Shown here: positions 26,427 through 36,743 of the stretch, one piece after another
Layout of the letters: each line of letters starts with the position of its first letter
How positions within the stretch are numbered: the stretch's first letter is position 1
Assembly: GCA_027001645.1 (NCBI GenBank)
Contig: JALTMP010000185.1
Span: 1-57,911 of the forward strand
Direction: 5' to 3'
DNA from: Candidatus Heimdallarchaeota archaeon
Lineage (GTDB): Archaea > Asgardarchaeota > Heimdallarchaeia > Heimdallarchaeales > JAJRWK01
Length of the DNA stretch: 57,911 bases
Translations under genes and position numbers: made by a program
Notes under the pieces: model-generated
What the model was told of the DNA's origin: nothing
The model's input: only the letters and a program-made list of their open reading frames with translations
Databases searched by the model: none

Positions 26427-28001
26427 TCATTTTCGATAAAAATCCAAGAGACGAGGTCCAAATGTCTGCAAGTTTAGTAATGTTACTTTCCCCGGAGTAG
26501 GCACGATATTTAGTTGTCGCTGATATTCTGTTTGTGCTTGCATTGTTCCGCTATTCACAATAGCTATGCCTCTGTATTTTCCTACGTCATTAATATGGAC
26601 ATGTCCTCCATGGAAAATGTCTGGCAATTCTTCAATTACTAGGTGATCTTCTTTTTCTGGAGCTATTGGAGTGTGTTCCCCATAAAGAGGAGATAAATGC
26701 CGCGCTCTCAGCATTTCTCGCATAATTGTTCCTGGTTTTTCAAACGAATGACCCGGAAGGTGATTCACTAAGTCCATTAAAGGTGTGCAATGGTAAAGTA
26801 GGACCTTTACCCCGTGAAGTGCGACCATGCTTGGATTAGAGGCAAGAACTACATTGGGGAGTGAATGAAGGTGTTTTGCAAAGGTTTCTGGAATGATTGG
26901 TTGGGGTTCTGCTCTTCTAACCATGTCATGGTTGCCAGGAATAATTACAGCGGTGACATCTTCAGGGAGATAATCTAGGTAATGCGCAAACAAGTCGTAT
27001 TGGTCATTGATATCGTCAACTACAAGATCGTATTGTTGATTGGGGTAAATTCCTATCCCGTCTACAACATCTCCCGCAAATAGAACATATTTTGTTGAGA
27101 GGCCTAGTATTCTCTCACTTTGCTTGTCAGCTTTTCCTCTCAAGAAATTGATGAAGTTGAGAAAGGTTTTTTCAAGAAATTCCTGTGACCCAACATGAAT
27201 ATCTGAGAGGAAGGCAACATTTACTGGTATCTGAGCAGTGCGCTTGTTGATTTTATGAGGGACGTCTGGCCAAATGACTTTTCTTGCTATGAAAAAATCT
27301 TTTCCTCTTTTTCCTATGAATCCTAACACTGTGTCAAGCAAGATTCCTTGTGCGTCTTCCAATAATTCTCGATTACTTTTGGGCAATAGTACTGGCATTG
27401 AGCTTGTTTCATCCTCAATCTCTAGAAGAACATGACCGTTTTTTGTTGTTCTTTTTTCCGTTATCATGCCAATGACTATGGCTTCTTCTTCAGGAAGGAT
27501 GGTTGCGATCTTTCTAGCGTTAGCCAATTCACCATGTTGTCGGAGTATTCTACTAAGCTTTTGGTATCTGTTTCTGAAGTATTCAACAAAATCGTCTACA
27601 GTCCCTCTAAACTTTTCAATGTTCTCTATGTTTCGAATCACTTGTATTTGAGGAGAAAAATCACGCAAAGCTGCTTTTGCATTTTCCCTGTTTATTGGAT
27701 GCATCTCGGCTGACGGGGCAAATCTTCTCGATTGCGGAGCTTGCTTGGGAATTATTGTTGCGGGCTCTTTTCTTTGTTCACTCGTCCCATGTTTGCTAAC
27801 TTTCTTCCAACCATTGATATTTAGCAAATCCTCTCTTGTTAGGATTTTTCTTTCTAGAAGTTCAATTGCTGTTTGTGCAATCACAATTGGATTGGCCTGC
27901 TTGAGTAAATAGTCGCTGATTTCAGGAGTGAGGATAATATCGTGGTGTGCAAGTAGCCTAACCATGCGAGCCAGTACTGATCTACGAGTTGTCACTGTCA
28001 T
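26427..28001 (-). CDS. DNA polymerase D small subunit (DP1, calcineurin-like phosphoesterase exonuclease)
   Basis: An OB-fold segment (VIGMITEKRTTKNGHVLLEIEDETSSMPVLL) is followed by phosphoesterase motifs FLSDIHVGS, FAGDVVDGIGIYPNQ, IPGNHD and GGHVH. Confidence 0.85.
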   Translation of the reverse strand: MTVTTRRSVLARMVRLLAHHDIILTPEISDYLLKQANPIVIAQTAIELLERKILTREDLLNINGWKKVSKHGTSEQRKEPATIIPKQAPQSRRFAPSAEMHPINRENAKAALRDFSPQIQVIRNIENIEKFRGTVDDFVEYFRNRYQKLSRILRQHGELANARKIATILPEEEAIVIGMITEKRTTKNGHVLLEIEDETSSMPVLLPKSNRELLEDAQGILLDTVLGFIGKRGKDFFIARKVIWPDVPHKINKRTAQIPVNVAFLSDIHVGSQEFLEKTFLNFINFLRGKADKQSERILGLSTKYVLFAGDVVDGIGIYPNQQYDLVVDDINDQYDLFAHYLDYLPEDVTAVIIPGNHDMVRRAEPQPIIPETFAKHLHSLPNVVLASNPSMVALHGVKVLLYHCTPLMDLVNHLPGHSFEKPGTIMREMLRARHLSPLYGEHTPIAPEKEDHLVIEELPDIFHGGHVHINDVGKYRGIAIVNSGTMQAQTEYQRQLNIVPTPGKVTLLNLQTFGPRLLDFYRK

Positions 28002-28044
28002 AAGAATCAGCTTGAATCAATTTGAAATGGGTGAAAGAGGAGCT

Positions 28045-28611
28045 TCATTGCGAAATTGATAAGATCCCATGTCTGTATTCGTACTTAATGGGTTTTTTTG
28101 GATCAAATCTTTTGTTATGTGGTATGACAATGTCTTCACTTTTGCCTTCTTCTTTTGCGAATTCTATATGTATACTCTCCTCGGTCAACCAAATATTAAG
28201 AGTATTGGGCTCGTCAACGGTGGGGATCTCAACAATTAACTCATACTTATTTTCATCTTCTGGTAATTCCACCCATTCGTGATAAATCTGTGAACTCTTG
28301 TCGGGATGATTTGTCGGTTCTGGAGCTTTTCCAATATTGGGATGCAAAGGTTTGATTACCTTATTTCCCTCTTCATCGACCGAGAGCTGAAAACTCATTG
28401 CAAATCCTGGTAGTGTCCCCATTTCTTCTAGCATTTTTTCAACATCTTCTGGACTCAGATTCATCTGGCGCATCATTTGCTCGATCATCTCTTGAAAATT
28501 AAGGGCATTGAAATTGCTGTTTTTGAATAGGTTTTGGAGGAATGCTTGGAGTTGCTTAAGTATCTCATCAAAAGGATTGGGCGCATCTGAGTTAGGGTCG
28601 CTGGAACTCAT
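28045..28611 (-). CDS. Protein with a C-terminal alpha-crystallin/Hsp20-like domain and an unusual helical Met/Gln-rich N-terminus
   Basis: YELIVEIPTVDEPNTLNIWLTEESIHIEFAKEE...IVIPHNKRFDPKKPIKYEYRHGILSISQ follows the Hsp20 ACD pattern (beta-sandwich, terminal NGVL-like strand). The N-terminal ~100 aa is not typical of an sHSP. Confidence 0.45.
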   Translation of the reverse strand: MSSSDPNSDAPNPFDEILKQLQAFLQNLFKNSNFNALNFQEMIEQMMRQMNLSPEDVEKMLEEMGTLPGFAMSFQLSVDEEGNKVIKPLHPNIGKAPEPTNHPDKSSQIYHEWVELPEDENKYELIVEIPTVDEPNTLNIWLTEESIHIEFAKEEGKSEDIVIPHNKRFDPKKPIKYEYRHGILSISQ

Positions 28612-28700
28612 CTATCTATTGTTATGACATGTATCATTACAAGGATAACGATTGGGCGAAATTTTTTCAAATGGTTTGAGTGGGAGAATCACCTCGTTGT

Positions 28701-29714
28701 TTAGGTGTCTCGAAGTAGCTTGACAATTGCTTGGGGAATATGCTGATAGGTTTGAACTTGGATGTATCGGCCTCTTCCGAGTCTTGTAAGATCTTTGCAG
28801 ACTCTTTCTCCCCACTCGTGTTTTGATGGAAGTCCTAAAACATGGAGGGTTGGTATTTGTTGAACGTGTTTTCTGGGGTCTCCTCCTCTGTTGAACGCTC
28901 CGTCCGTTACTAAGATGGCAAATTTTTGCCTCGTTTTCATCTTCTTCAATTCAGTTCCAGCAACTTGTAGTGCTTCTGCAATGTTTGTGTACCCTGCAGA
29001 TTCGCTGTCGAGGATCCGATCAATCACTTCCTCTGCTGTGAGTTTTTCTTCGACGTGTTTTATGACGTAGGGTTTGGTGTTGAATAGAATGACACTGTAA
29101 TCATCGTGAGCGAGTTGATATGCCAAGACTGCCACTGCTAAGGCGGCAGTAACAAATCGCTTTCCGTATAGGGACCCAGACGTATCAAATATTAGGACTC
29201 CGTTTTTGGATTTTTCTCTTCGCTCGATCGCGATGATGTCTTCGTAGGTTAGATATCCCTTTTCAAGGTAGTTCTCTATTGTGATGTCAAGATCAAACTC
29301 TTCGCTCTCTGGCGTGGCAGGAACTCTTACCATTGTTGATCCTCGGAGACCTTTTCCGACAATCCCTCTTGAAACTTTGAGGATTGTCTGACGAGCTAGT
29401 CTTTTGAATATCGGTCTTGCCTGTTCGCTAAGGTTTCCCCTTAGCATGAAGAAGAGCTCTGGAGCAGACGTGTCTCCCGTGCTCGCCCTTCTTCCTATCA
29501 TTTTTAGCCCCTCTCGGGACGAAAGTGCTTCGGCAACAGCGAATTGATTGGATATGGCTAAGCCTTTTACTGCTGGCATGTTATCCATTTCTAAAGCTAG
29601 CTCAGTCATTCGTTTGATTTGGTGATAGTTCATTCCTTTTGAGAGGTCTGTGTAGATCTTTGAGTTTCGCCGTCCTCTGATTATTTCAGCCTTTAATTGG
29701 GTCTCCTTATCCAT
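28701..29714 (-). CDS. VWA-domain protein (MoxR partner, CoxE/ViaA-like)
   Basis: The MIDAS motif is GVLIFDTSGSLYGKR. Downstream are TNIAEAL and AILVTDGAFN. It lies 59 nt downstream of the MoxR gene on the same strand. Confidence 0.8.
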   Translation of the reverse strand: MDKETQLKAEIIRGRRNSKIYTDLSKGMNYHQIKRMTELALEMDNMPAVKGLAISNQFAVAEALSSREGLKMIGRRASTGDTSAPELFFMLRGNLSEQARPIFKRLARQTILKVSRGIVGKGLRGSTMVRVPATPESEEFDLDITIENYLEKGYLTYEDIIAIERREKSKNGVLIFDTSGSLYGKRFVTAALAVAVLAYQLAHDDYSVILFNTKPYVIKHVEEKLTAEEVIDRILDSESAGYTNIAEALQVAGTELKKMKTRQKFAILVTDGAFNRGGDPRKHVQQIPTLHVLGLPSKHEWGERVCKDLTRLGRGRYIQVQTYQHIPQAIVKLLRDT

Positions 29715-29773
29715 TCGACCCCTGGAACTTATGCGTGGTCTAGGTTCATCGAGTGATCCAAAGTCACCCTCCC

Positions 29774-30667
29774 CTAGGGAAAACCCTCATCCTCCATGGC
29801 TTGGATAATGATTTCCTTGATTACCTCTTCTACACGCTTTTCCACACCATCTTCCAATTCTACTTTAGTGGCTAGTGCCATGGTTCCTGCAGAAATCCAT
29901 GCTTCCGGATTATTCTTATCCATGAATTGCATAATGGACGCATAGTCTAGCGCTCCTCTAATTGAGGATCCTCTTCGTAATTCGGGCCAGTCTCTGGTCA
30001 TTCTTGTTACTCTAACAACCAAAGAAATAACATCTTCGTCCGTTACTCCCGTTTTTACTGCCACTATACTTCTTTCTTCTTCCTCAGTCTGGTATTCTAG
30101 CCGTACCCATGCAAAACGGTCCCTAAGGGCTTCACTCAACGGTGTTGTGGCAACGAATTCTTGGGGATTCATTGCTGCAATGATGTAGAAGCCCTCCTTT
30201 GCTTTCACAACTCCAAGTTTGGGAATGGACACCATTCCCTCGTCCATTGCAACAAGAAGAACGTTTTGGGTGCCTTCGGGCATACGGTTGATCTCATTGA
30301 GGAAGAGAATTGAGCCATTCATCATGGCCACAGTCAGTGGCCCTGGGACAAAGGACTCCCAAGTATAGCCCTTCTCGATTACCATTGGGGGGTCAAAATG
30401 CCCAACAAGTCGAGCACTTGAATAACGTTCGTCTCCATCAACTCTTTCCAAATTCTGGCTGAAATATTGAGCGATTGCATGAGCTAGCGTGGTTTTACCA
30501 ACACCCACATCTCCTTCGAGTAGGATGTGTTTACCTGCCAGTTTTGCTGCGATGCACATTCGCAATTCTGCCTCGCGTCCAACGATATTATATCGTTCTT
30601 GGATCTCTTTGATAATTGTCTCAATTGGGGGATAATTTTCTGCCTTCATGTTTACCATTACACCCAC
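29774..30667 (-). CDS. MoxR-family AAA+ ATPase
   Basis: Walker A is LLEGDVGVGKTTLAHA and Walker B is ILFLNEINRMPEGTQNVLLVAMDEG. IIAAMNPQE and LSEALRDRF are also present. The ORF starts at a GTG; in-frame ATGs follow at 30658 and 30649. Confidence 0.88.
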   Translation of the reverse strand: MGVMVNMKAENYPPIETIIKEIQERYNIVGREAELRMCIAAKLAGKHILLEGDVGVGKTTLAHAIAQYFSQNLERVDGDERYSSARLVGHFDPPMVIEKGYTWESFVPGPLTVAMMNGSILFLNEINRMPEGTQNVLLVAMDEGMVSIPKLGVVKAKEGFYIIAAMNPQEFVATTPLSEALRDRFAWVRLEYQTEEEERSIVAVKTGVTDEDVISLVVRVTRMTRDWPELRRGSSIRGALDYASIMQFMDKNNPEAWISAGTMALATKVELEDGVEKRVEEVIKEIIIQAMEDEGFP

Positions 30668-30830
30668 AAATCATGGTTCAGTAAACGATACTTATGATTA
30701 CAATGTAAGAAAAGATTGTAGGTACAATAAAAAGCACACTGTGTTGACATAAAAAAGAGCCTCTTCTAATTTTGAATTGCACTTAGGAAATCATTCTTGA
30801 AAAAAAACGGCTTTCCCCCCAACAAAAGTG

Positions 30831-30859
30831 GAAAAAAGAGATGCCGGTCTAATCCGGCA
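30831..30859 (-). terminator. Hairpin plus T6 terminator after tuf
   Basis: The minus strand reads TGCCGG-attaga-CCGGCA (6-bp stem) followed by ATCTCTTTTTTCC. It lies about 25 nt after the EF-1alpha stop. Confidence 0.45.
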
Positions 30860-30883
30860 AGAAATTCGTTTGCGTTACCCGCT

Positions 30884-32176
30884 TTAATTCTTCTTCTTGG
30901 TTACTTCCAAACAGACACCGACAGCGACAGTCTGACCCATGTCACGAACTGCAAATCGGCCTAAGTGTGGGATTTCCTTGAAGGGCTCGATTACCATGGG
31001 TTTTACGGGAACCAAGGTTGCAACAGCTCGGTCTCCATTCTTAATGAAGTCCGGGTTCTCTTGTCGGCCTGTCTTGGGGCTGGTCTTTTCATGGATTTCC
31101 ATGAAGGTGCAAGCAATTTGAGCAGTACCAACGTGCAGAACAGGCGTGTAACCCTTGGCAATTGCAGTGGGATGTCTAAGAACGATAATCTGGGCTTTGA
31201 ACTCTTCTGCGATGGTTGGTGGATTGTCAGTATGACCACAGACATCTCCTTTGCGGACATCTTTCTTGGATACACCTTTCACGTTGAAACCAATGTTGTC
31301 TCCAGGTTCTGCTTGTTCTATTCTCTCATGGTGCATTTCAATACTGTTTACAGTTCCCTGCACACGAGGCGGATTGAAGATAACTTTGTCTCCAGTCTTG
31401 AGAACACCCGTTTCAACACGACCTGAAGGAACGGTTCCAATACCCGTGATGGTGTAAACGTCCTGAATGGGGATTCTAAGGGGCTTGTCTACGGGCTTGG
31501 GTGGAACTTCAAACTGGTCGAGGGCTTCGAAAATGGTTGGGCCTTTGTACCAAGTCATTTTGTCGCTTCTCTTGAGAAGGTTGTCTCCCATCCAGCCACT
31601 GACTGGGACGAAGGCAACTTTATCGACATTGTACCCAATGCCCTTGAGATAGCGCTTGAGTTCATCTCTAACTTCTTCATATCTCTCTTTAGAGTAGTCC
31701 ACAGTGTCCATTTTGTTGATGGCGACACAGAGTTGTGTTACTCCAAGGGTGTAGGCAAGCAATGCATGCTCTCTTGTTTGACCCATTTCACTAATCCCAG
31801 CCTCGAAGTCTCCTTTCTGAGCACTTACTACAAGAATTGCAGCATCTGCTTGGCTGGTTCCTGTGATCATGTTCTTGACGAAGTCTCGGTGGCCGGGAGC
31901 ATCAATGATCGTGAAGTAATATTTCTGCGTCTCAAATTTATAAAACGCAATATCAATTGTTACTCCTCTCTCTCGTTCCTCCTTGAGTTTGTCAAGAACC
32001 CAAGCGAACTTAAATGTTCCACGACCAATTTTCTCGGCCTCTTTCTCATACTTCTCAAGTGTTCTCGGGTCGATTGCACCTGCTAAGTACAGCAAGTGTC
32101 CAGTCATTGTCGACTTACCATGATCGACGTGACCAATGATTACCAAATTAAGGTGGGGTTTGTCTCGCTTGCTCAT
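30884..32176 (-). CDS. tuf: Translation elongation factor EF-1alpha
   Basis: [26 protein letters not shown] and NKMD match, and full-length similarity to aEF-1alpha/eEF1A is evident. Confidence 0.97.
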   Translation of the reverse strand: MSKRDKPHLNLVIIGHVDHGKSTMTGHLLYLAGAIDPRTLEKYEKEAEKIGRGTFKFAWVLDKLKEERERGVTIDIAFYKFETQKYYFTIIDAPGHRDFVKNMITGTSQADAAILVVSAQKGDFEAGISEMGQTREHALLAYTLGVTQLCVAINKMDTVDYSKERYEEVRDELKRYLKGIGYNVDKVAFVPVSGWMGDNLLKRSDKMTWYKGPTIFEALDQFEVPPKPVDKPLRIPIQDVYTITGIGTVPSGRVETGVLKTGDKVIFNPPRVQGTVNSIEMHHERIEQAEPGDNIGFNVKGVSKKDVRKGDVCGHTDNPPTIAEEFKAQIIVLRHPTAIAKGYTPVLHVGTAQIACTFMEIHEKTSPKTGRQENPDFIKNGDRAVATLVPVKPMVIEPFKEIPHLGRFAVRDMGQTVAVGVCLEVTKKKN

Positions 32177-32331
32177 ATAAGGTCACTCCTTAAACTAGCG
32201 TTTCAAGGGGCACTTTCCAATTTCTTAAGCATTATGGTTTGTAAGTAAGTGCCGCAGACGTGTATTTTCGGCTTTAATTATTAAAAAATTGCTAAAATCG
32301 CCTTATTCATTTAACCAAATTTCATGAAAAA

Positions 32332-32419
<88 letters not shown>

Positions 32420-32784
32420 TTATGATGAGGTGTTCTCACCCTTTATCCATTCTAATCGCTTTATCTAATTTTCGCTTTACGACCTAATGGAAAATCCAAC
32501 CTATGCCCGATGAGATTTCAGATAGTTACCACGGCCTTTCGCATCCAATCTTATCTCTGCTCTAAAGTTAATTCGTTTCCTTCTTTTTCTAGTGGCAACG
32601 ACTATGGGATCAAAAGCGAATCTGCACTAGGACAATTCATCTTTGCTTATATGCGGGCATTATCTTGAACAGTAGTTCTTGAAGAATGTTCTATGTGAAT
32701 GGTGATTAGAGTGTGTTGTGATTTATATCGCATTATTCCGATAAGCATAAATGGATGCTTCACTAGCTAAGGTTGGTTGGATTT

Positions 32785-33189
32785 ATGAGCGAACTAGATG
32801 TAAAGCCCATAAAGGCCGGTCAAGCAAAACCGGGAACATATGTTGTTGTAGATGGAGAAGTATACGTCGTCAAGGACAATGAGCACAGCAAAGCTGGAAA
32901 ACATGGACATGCCAAATGCCGAATTACCGTCGAAAATGTGTTCACAGGATCCAAAAAAAGCATTGTTAAACCTGCTGATGATCGGCTCGATTCTCCGATT
33001 ATTTTGAAGAAGAATGGTCAAGTTCTTTCAGTTACCGGAGATTCAGTTCAAATCATGGATCTCGAATCCTATGAAACACTGGAATTACCCTTACCCAAGG
33101 ACGAAGAGCTTCGCTCAAAATTAGAACCCAATGCTGAGGTTGAATATTGGCAGGTTCTTGGCCGAAGTATTTTGCGACGTGTGAAATAA
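32785..33189 (+). CDS. Translation initiation factor 5A (aIF5A)
   Basis: The hypusination loop is SKAGKHGHAKCRI. The size is about 134 aa. The ATG at 32785 is preferred over the TTG at 32773. Confidence 0.92.
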   Translation: MSELDVKPIKAGQAKPGTYVVVDGEVYVVKDNEHSKAGKHGHAKCRITVENVFTGSKKSIVKPADDRLDSPIILKKNGQVLSVTGDSVQIMDLESYETLELPLPKDEELRSKLEPNAEVEYWQVLGRSILRRVK

Positions 33190-33250
33190 TTTTCCTATCT
33201 AGTTTCGGAATTTTTTTCTTTTCCCCCTTTCATCTTTTTTCAGAGTCCAA

Positions 33251-34624
33251 ATGACACAAGCAAAGCATATTTCTTTTGGAAATTACGAGGAACGTATTAT
33301 CAAGGCCTTGACTACTTTGGGGGCCTTCCCCGGCAAGAAAATCAAGGTTGTAAACAAGGAAGAATCTTGGGAGCTTGAAGGATATTTGCTCCCAAAAACA
33401 GAATTTACCCACGACAATATTCTTCTCTTAAAGCTGGACAATGGCTACAATATCGGCATTGAATTCCAAGACTCTCTTGAATTGTCACTTATCGAGGGAG
33501 AAATTGGGCTGGAATCGTTTCCAAGAAGGCTACCAAAACAAAAGAAAGGGTTGCCCGAAATCTCCCTATTGGCGACGGGTGGAACAATTGCGAGTCGAAT
33601 TGATTACTTAACTGGCGGGGTTGTTATGGCCCTTGATCCTGAAGAAGTATTCTTTGCTTTGCCAGAGCTTTTTGAGGAAATCACTTTTCGTCGAGTGGAA
33701 AATCTTTACCAACTTGGCTCTGAGGATATCTGGTATAAGCAGTGGCAAGTCCTTGCCAAACATGCCGCTGACGAACTGAATGATGAGTCAAATGGCGTGG
33801 TTGTGATGCATGGGACCGATGCTATGCATTTTTCAAGTGCTGCGCTAAGCTTTATGCTTGGAGATTTACACAAGCCCATTGTGCTAACTGGAGGTCAGCG
33901 TTCAAGTGATCGAGGCTCTTTTGATGGTGCTCTCAATTTGATCAGTGCAAGCAGAGTTGCAGCCAATGCTGATCTTGCCGAAGTTGTAGTGGTCATGCAT
34001 GCCCGGTCTGATGATGATGCTTGTGCAATTCACAGAGGAACAAAAGTACGAAAAATGCACACTTCTCGGAGAGATGCTTTTAAGTCAATTAACACCCCCC
34101 CTTTAGGCGAGATCGATGCGAATGGGATTATTTCTTGGAATCCAGTCACGAGAAAGAGGCGAAAGGAGGAAGGTTCTGTTGACCCAAGTATCGATTTTGA
34201 TCCTCGTATCGCTCTTGTGAAAGCGTATCCCGGAAGCGATCCCGAAATCTTAGACTGGCTTGTTGACAAGGGAAAACAAGGAATCATAATTGAGGGTACT
34301 GGGTTAGGACATGTTCCAAGCTTCCCGCCTGAGGATGAAAAGGAAAGAAGCTGGCTACCAGCAATAGAACGAGCCACAGATTCAGGGGTCTTCATTGGAA
34401 TGACGAGTCAGACACTTCATGGAAGGGTTCATCCATACGTTTATCGGGCTCTGCGCTACGCGAAGCTTTCTGGTGCTGTCCACTTGGAAGATATGCTGCC
34501 AGAAACCGCTTATGTTAAGCTTGGCTGGGTTCTTGCAAATTATTCTGAAGAGGAAGTACCTGCAATGATGCTTAGGAGTCTTGCGGGTGAGATTACTGAA
34601 AAGACCCGCTTTGATGCTTATTGA
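33251..34624 (+). CDS. gatD: Glu-tRNA(Gln) amidotransferase subunit D
   Basis: The asparaginase-like core shows LLATGGTIASR, VVMHGTDAM and LTGGQRSSDR. An N-terminal GatD-specific domain is present, and the gene lies directly upstream of gatE. Confidence 0.9.
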   Translation: MTQAKHISFGNYEERIIKALTTLGAFPGKKIKVVNKEESWELEGYLLPKTEFTHDNILLLKLDNGYNIGIEFQDSLELSLIEGEIGLESFPRRLPKQKKGLPEISLLATGGTIASRIDYLTGGVVMALDPEEVFFALPELFEEITFRRVENLYQLGSEDIWYKQWQVLAKHAADELNDESNGVVVMHGTDAMHFSSAALSFMLGDLHKPIVLTGGQRSSDRGSFDGALNLISASRVAANADLAEVVVVMHARSDDDACAIHRGTKVRKMHTSRRDAFKSINTPPLGEIDANGIISWNPVTRKRRKEEGSVDPSIDFDPRIALVKAYPGSDPEILDWLVDKGKQGIIIEGTGLGHVPSFPPEDEKERSWLPAIERATDSGVFIGMTSQTLHGRVHPYVYRALRYAKLSGAVHLEDMLPETAYVKLGWVLANYSEEEVPAMMLRSLAGEITEKTRFDAY

Positions 34625-34637
34625 AGAGGTGTTAGGA

Positions 34638-36626
34638 ATGTTAGAAACTAAGGCGCCTAGAACGATTGATGCCAAGTCATTAGGATTAATGGTTGGGTTA
34701 GAATTCCATCAACAGATTTTCTCACCTTATCCCGCTGTCAGTGATCCCCTTGCTTTGAAACACGGGAGTAAACTCTTTTGCCCTTGTCCGAGCTGGGTGA
34801 GGGAAGATGATCCTGACGTTTTTGTCATGAGACAGCTACGTGCTGTTTCAGGAGAAACGGGAGAGGTAGACATTGCAGCAAGATTTGAGCAGATGAAGAA
34901 AACTATTCTGAAATATGAAGCGTATTCCGACTCCACTTGCTTAGTTGAACTTGATGAGGAGCCTATTTTCCCCATAAACTCAGATGCTCTTTTCAAAGCG
35001 TTAGCAATCAGCAAACACCTCTTCAATTTAACCTTAGTCAAAGAAATTCAAGTTTTGAGAAAAACCATTGTCGATGGGAGTAATACCAGTGGTTTCCAGC
35101 GGACATGTGAAATAGCGTTTGGCAATCCCAATTCCTACATCGAAGTTGATGGCAAAAGAATAGGAATTCTTCAGACATCTCTTGAAGAAGATTCTGCCAA
35201 AAACATGGGACGAGAAGGCAACGCTAGAGTGTTCCGATTGGACCGATTAGGAATACCTCTCATCGAAATCGCTACTGCTCCAGACATGGACACTCCAGAG
35301 ATGGCACGAAAGGTTGCAGAAAGGATCGGCGTATTATTGCGACTTACCGGTTATGTCAAGCGAGGTTTAGGAACAATTCGTCAAGATCTTAACGTCTCTA
35401 TTGCCAAAGGAACGCGAATTGAGATCAAGGGTGTTCAGCAACTTGACCAAATTGAAACTTTTGTCCGGAATGAAGCAATACGGCAATCACGCATGCTTGA
35501 ATTACTTGATTACTTGAAAAAAGAGCGAAAATGGAGCAAAGCAGATGTAGATGTTATTGAGCCCGTTGACTTGAAAAAAATATTCAAGAAAACAAAGGCG
35601 AAACTCATAGCAAATACACTGAAGAAAAAAGGAACGGTCACCGGGGCCAAAATCCCCAAATATGGTGGGCTTCTTAAATACGAATTACAACCAGACTATC
35701 GCGTTGGTACAGAATTCAGTGAAATTGCGAAGGTCATTGGAGGAGCTGGAGGCATTCTTCATAGTGACGAGTTGCCAAAATTTGGAATTAGCGAGAAAGA
35801 AGTTGAAGCCGTCAGCAATGCATTAGGAGTAGAATCCAAAGACGATGGTTTCGTACTAATCGTGGGAAGTTCTCAACAAGGCATTCGCTCGATCCAAGGA
35901 ATAAAGGAGATCCTTTATTTGTGGTTGAAAGATGAGCTTCCCCGTGAAGTTCGAGCTCCAAGAGCAGATGGTACTACTGGTTACTTGAGACCATTACCTG
36001 GCGGAGCGAGAATGTATCCTGAAACCGACTCTCCTCCCATCCTTGTTGACAAGGATTTACTGGCAAGAATCAACTCAGTGCAATTTGAGACCCCAGAAGA
36101 ACGCCTCAAACGGTACGTTTCTGTTCACAAACTCTCTCAAAAATTGGCCTCCCAAATGATTCTTCATCCCTTAGCCTCATTATACGAAGAATTAGTTGAA
36201 GAAGAGAAAATTGACGCTAAACTAGTTGCGACAACCCTTCTCCAAACCCTTGTCACTTTACGGCGAGATGGGGTTGAAGTGGACTACATTGAGGAATCAC
36301 ACTTGAAAGCTATTCTGAAGGCTGTTCAATCAGGCGAGATCCCTCGTGATGTGATTCCTGAATTATTATCTACCATTGCCGCTAAGAACGGATCTGTTTC
36401 AGTTGATAAACTCATTGAGGAAATCAAAGCCTCTCAAATGAGTGATGATGAACTCCGTTCAATTATTCAAGGTGTTGTGTCTGAAAGGATAGAGTTTGTA
36501 AAGGAGAGAGGAATGGGCTCTATTGGTCCATTGATGGGTGTAATCATGGGGAAAATTGGAGGAAAGGCTGATGGAAAACGAGTGAGTTCCATACTCAAGG
36601 AGGAGATCGGTAAACTCATTGAATAA
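34638..36626 (+). CDS. gatE: Glu-tRNA(Gln) amidotransferase subunit E
   Basis: GLMVGLEFHQQI, CLVELDEEP and RQDLNVSI form the GatB/E core, with a C-terminal YqeY/GatB-like tail. The ATG at 34638 lies 13 nt after the gatD stop; the ORF-track start at 34581 would overlap gatD. Confidence 0.9.
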   Translation: MLETKAPRTIDAKSLGLMVGLEFHQQIFSPYPAVSDPLALKHGSKLFCPCPSWVREDDPDVFVMRQLRAVSGETGEVDIAARFEQMKKTILKYEAYSDSTCLVELDEEPIFPINSDALFKALAISKHLFNLTLVKEIQVLRKTIVDGSNTSGFQRTCEIAFGNPNSYIEVDGKRIGILQTSLEEDSAKNMGREGNARVFRLDRLGIPLIEIATAPDMDTPEMARKVAERIGVLLRLTGYVKRGLGTIRQDLNVSIAKGTRIEIKGVQQLDQIETFVRNEAIRQSRMLELLDYLKKERKWSKADVDVIEPVDLKKIFKKTKAKLIANTLKKKGTVTGAKIPKYGGLLKYELQPDYRVGTEFSEIAKVIGGAGGILHSDELPKFGISEKEVEAVSNALGVESKDDGFVLIVGSSQQGIRSIQGIKEILYLWLKDELPREVRAPRADGTTGYLRPLPGGARMYPETDSPPILVDKDLLARINSVQFETPEERLKRYVSVHKLSQKLASQMILHPLASLYEELVEEEKIDAKLVATTLLQTLVTLRRDGVEVDYIEESHLKAILKAVQSGEIPRDVIPELLSTIAAKNGSVSVDKLIEEIKASQMSDDELRSIIQGVVSERIEFVKERGMGSIGPLMGVIMGKIGGKADGKRVSSILKEEIGKLIE

Positions 36627-36743
36627 TCCCCATGTGAGCCTACTCTGCCTCGTCTTCCTTTTTCACTTAAGAATTCCGGCTTTTTATCAATTGGGATTTT
36701 TCTATCCCAAAGTTTTCTTAAATCCTCCTCGAATTTACTCACG

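Noticed and set aside
28612-28815. 67-aa ORF between the VWA gene and the ACD-like gene.
   Set aside because: It overlaps the 3' end of the well-supported VWA gene in another frame, and it is rich in Ser, Arg and Pro with no motif.
32420-32480. Possible C/D-box sRNA next to tRNA-Leu, based on ATGATGA at 32422-32428.
   Set aside because: There is no D box (CTGA) or C'/D' pair at the expected 12-nt guide spacing, and no terminal stem.
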